DNA of 64,000 bases from Eukaryota sp. GEM-RC1 (Eukaryota). A program made the position numbers and the translations under genes. Each line of letters opens with the position of its first letter. Position 1 is the stretch's first letter. The notes under the pieces are model-generated. The model was not told the origin of the DNA. It saw only the letters and a list, made by a program, of their open reading frames with translations, and searched no databases. Below are positions 62,024-64,000 of the stretch, piece by piece. The stretch covers positions 310,001 to 374,000 of the forward strand of contig JAUFOQ010000006.1 in NCBI GenBank assembly GCA_040285855.1, read 5' to 3'.

Positions 62024-63019
62024 TTATTCGGATTCAGATTGTTCTTCGTTCGATAAAGTGTTAATTTCATCAATAAGTAATTGAACTTCTTCTTCAAGCT
62101 GATCTTCCCCATCACAATGAAAATTTTCCAAAAATTTAATAAGCCTCTGAGAATTTCTGGACAAAACATTTGAAATATCATCGGGCTTATTCGGATTCGC
62201 AACAAAAATTTTAAATACATGAAATGCCTCATATTGAATATTGCGACTTCTATTCAACAACAAATTCATGATTATCCGTAAGTTACTCAACTGGCCAATA
62301 AACTTTGTCATTATAGAAAAGGAAGATCGATCAAGAAGAAGTTCTGCTAATAAACGAAGAGAAGATCGTCGAATTACATAATTTTCAGCTAATATTAAAT
62401 CATTAAAACCAGTAAAGAAAGCTTCATAATTCTCAGTCAAAAAACGGGCAGTAACGTCCTTATGTGAGGTCAGCAACGAATGAAGAGTAGCAAAAGCATC
62501 GGAAGAGATGTCAAAAGATTCAATGTTGACGTAGCGGAAGAAGAGGGTGACTGAAGAAAGAGTCAGGAGATGCTCACAAATGTAAGCGGAACGTTCTATG
62601 GCCTCTCTGATGAAGGTACCACAATGGAGGGCAAGAGAAGAGTCTTGATAGTGTTGGAGAAGTAGAGAGAGGTAGTGAGGGTGGTTGACAAAGTGTTGCA
62701 CGAAGCCTGTATGGCCAAGAAGGTGAGTGAAGCATGCCATTATATCCTTACGGGCTTCAAAACCGAAACGAGGATAAGCAACAAGTATTCTGCGGACTAG
62801 GTTGTATTGAAGAAGGGCGGCCACGGTTTCATCATCAACTGAGTCTCGCTGAGACTGTTCCAGGTTGTAGAGTCTGTCCTTGAGGTTAAGGCAGTACTTG
62901 TCAACGTCAGGAAGTCGCTGAATGAAAGCTTCTTCATCATTTTCGTCTAAAAGGTCCAAAACATCAGCCAAGCGTTTAATGTAGTCACTTGCAGTCTTTC
63001 GCTTGGAGAAGATGGGCAT
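62024..63019 (-). CDS. MO25: Mo25/CAB39 family protein
   Basis: FEARKD, FDISSDAFAT, NYVIRRSSLRLLAELLLDR, NIQYEAFHVFKIFVANPNKP. Confidence 0.95.
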   Translation of the reverse strand: MPIFSKRKTASDYIKRLADVLDLLDENDEEAFIQRLPDVDKYCLNLKDRLYNLEQSQRDSVDDETVAALLQYNLVRRILVAYPRFGFEARKDIMACFTHLLGHTGFVQHFVNHPHYLSLLLQHYQDSSLALHCGTFIREAIERSAYICEHLLTLSSVTLFFRYVNIESFDISSDAFATLHSLLTSHKDVTARFLTENYEAFFTGFNDLILAENYVIRRSSLRLLAELLLDRSSFSIMTKFIGQLSNLRIIMNLLLNRSRNIQYEAFHVFKIFVANPNKPDDISNVLSRNSQRLIKFLENFHCDGEDQLEEEVQLLIDEINTLSNEEQSESE

Positions 63020-63548
63020 AACAAATCGATGAGAAGAATGTTAGAAAAAACGGCCAAGGCAATTCACGTTGTCAATCACTTCCTTTTTGTTACAAGTCGT
63101 TAGCAGTGCATACTATACACAGTTTGTATTGCATGCTGTACATAGTTGCTTTCCGTTTTAAATTAAAACATATTACGACGTTTAATAGACATGTTCGTAA
63201 AACCACTCTTCTAAATCTACGTGTTCAATATCTGAAACTCGCAAAAGTGGTGAGATTTGTTTGTGAAGTGAAGCGCTGACATTAATCAGGCAATACACGT
63301 ACACAGCTGTACTTTTACAATCATTCCGTAAACAACTCTTCGAAAAATGAAACCATTTATGTACATGTACAATCATAATGAACATCCACATCTTGACAAC
63401 ATGTTATATAAAGGTCAAGGGAGATCGAGCCCTCAACAGTTTTCAGCAAAGGAAAAGTTATGAGAAACAGACAAAACACAACTCCACACACAGAGCAGAG
63501 ATCATAAAATACAAAGAAAAGAGAATCAACAATGAAACCGGACGATGC

Positions 63549-64000
63549 TTATATATCAGCAAACTCATCATCCTCATCATCTGATTTAGTTTCCAGAGAA
63601 GCAGCACTAAGTACCGGGAGAGGTTGCGACGAAGCCATAGCTGAGCTTTTGGCAGCTTCTTCAAACATTTTTCGTTGTTCCTCCAAAAGATCTTGTGGAT
63701 TACCAACAAGTTTAGTGGTTTTCTTTTTGGGTCGTGTTAACTCATGTTGTTTGTACTGTTCAAGAGACTCCTTACACTTATCCACGTAATCTGAGTAGCC
63801 AAGTTCAATTAGAGCATCGAAAACGTGATAAGGAGCAATTGTTTTTTTAAATTCTTGTAGACAGAGCTCATTAGCCTTAGCAGCAAGAAGATTTACGAAA
63901 TCGGAAGATCCATTGACAACAATATCTTTGACATCTTGAGAAATGCGCATCTTTGAAGGGATTGCATCTTTAATGACTTTTTGAACAGTAGCTCGCGGCA
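63549..64000 (-). CDS. DR1: Negative cofactor 2 beta / Dr1 histone-fold protein (5' end beyond window)
   Basis: PRATVQKVIKDAIP..MRISQD...FVNLL...ANE.C....KKTIAPYHV..AL.ELGY. Confidence 0.88.
   Translation of the reverse strand, partial: PRATVQKVIKDAIPSKMRISQDVKDIVVNGSSDFVNLLAAKANELCLQEFKKTIAPYHVFDALIELGYSDYVDKCKESLEQYKQHELTRPKKKTTKLVGNPQDLLEEQRKMFEEAAKSSAMASSQPLPVLSAASLETKSDDEDDEFADI

Noticed and set aside
245..63789. Many 60-140 aa ORFs in the track that are antisense to or overlap real genes, or lie in AT-rich gaps
   Set aside because: Shadow or chance ORFs with no recognisable motifs.

Overview
AT-rich, gene-dense eukaryotic DNA from a flagellated protist (IFT139/TTC21B, ODAD4/TTC25, Sds22, Mo25, NC2-beta, RPL30), read with the standard genetic code. 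It has very short (about 25-31 nt) spliceosomal introns and very short divergent promoters, a metamonad-like style; the lineage is an inference. Many genes are split by single-base indels in homopolymer runs, most likely long-read assembly errors. Three genes missed or only partly captured by the ORF track were rebuilt by hand: RPL30 (3 introns), a C2H2 zinc-finger gene (2 introns) and a partial secreted protein at the window start. Intergenic DNA is full of mobile-element debris: a degraded Fanzor (eukaryotic TnpB/Cas12-like RNA-guided nuclease) gene, about nine 5'-truncated CRE-like RLE non-LTR retrotransposon ends, a young 877-bp Mutator-like element (47-bp TIRs, 9-bp TSD), a 58-bp Tc1/pogo-type MITE, a Ty3/gypsy fragment and a possible virus-like patch (UvrD helicase pseudogene plus a 2-cysteine-adaptor-like ORF). 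Also notable: a ~1,780-aa protein built on a 138-bp IQ-motif tandem array, an orphan GIY-YIG-like nuclease gene, and a BTB-BACK-MATH gene with one in-frame TAG. All family assignments come from motif recognition by eye; no database searches were run.
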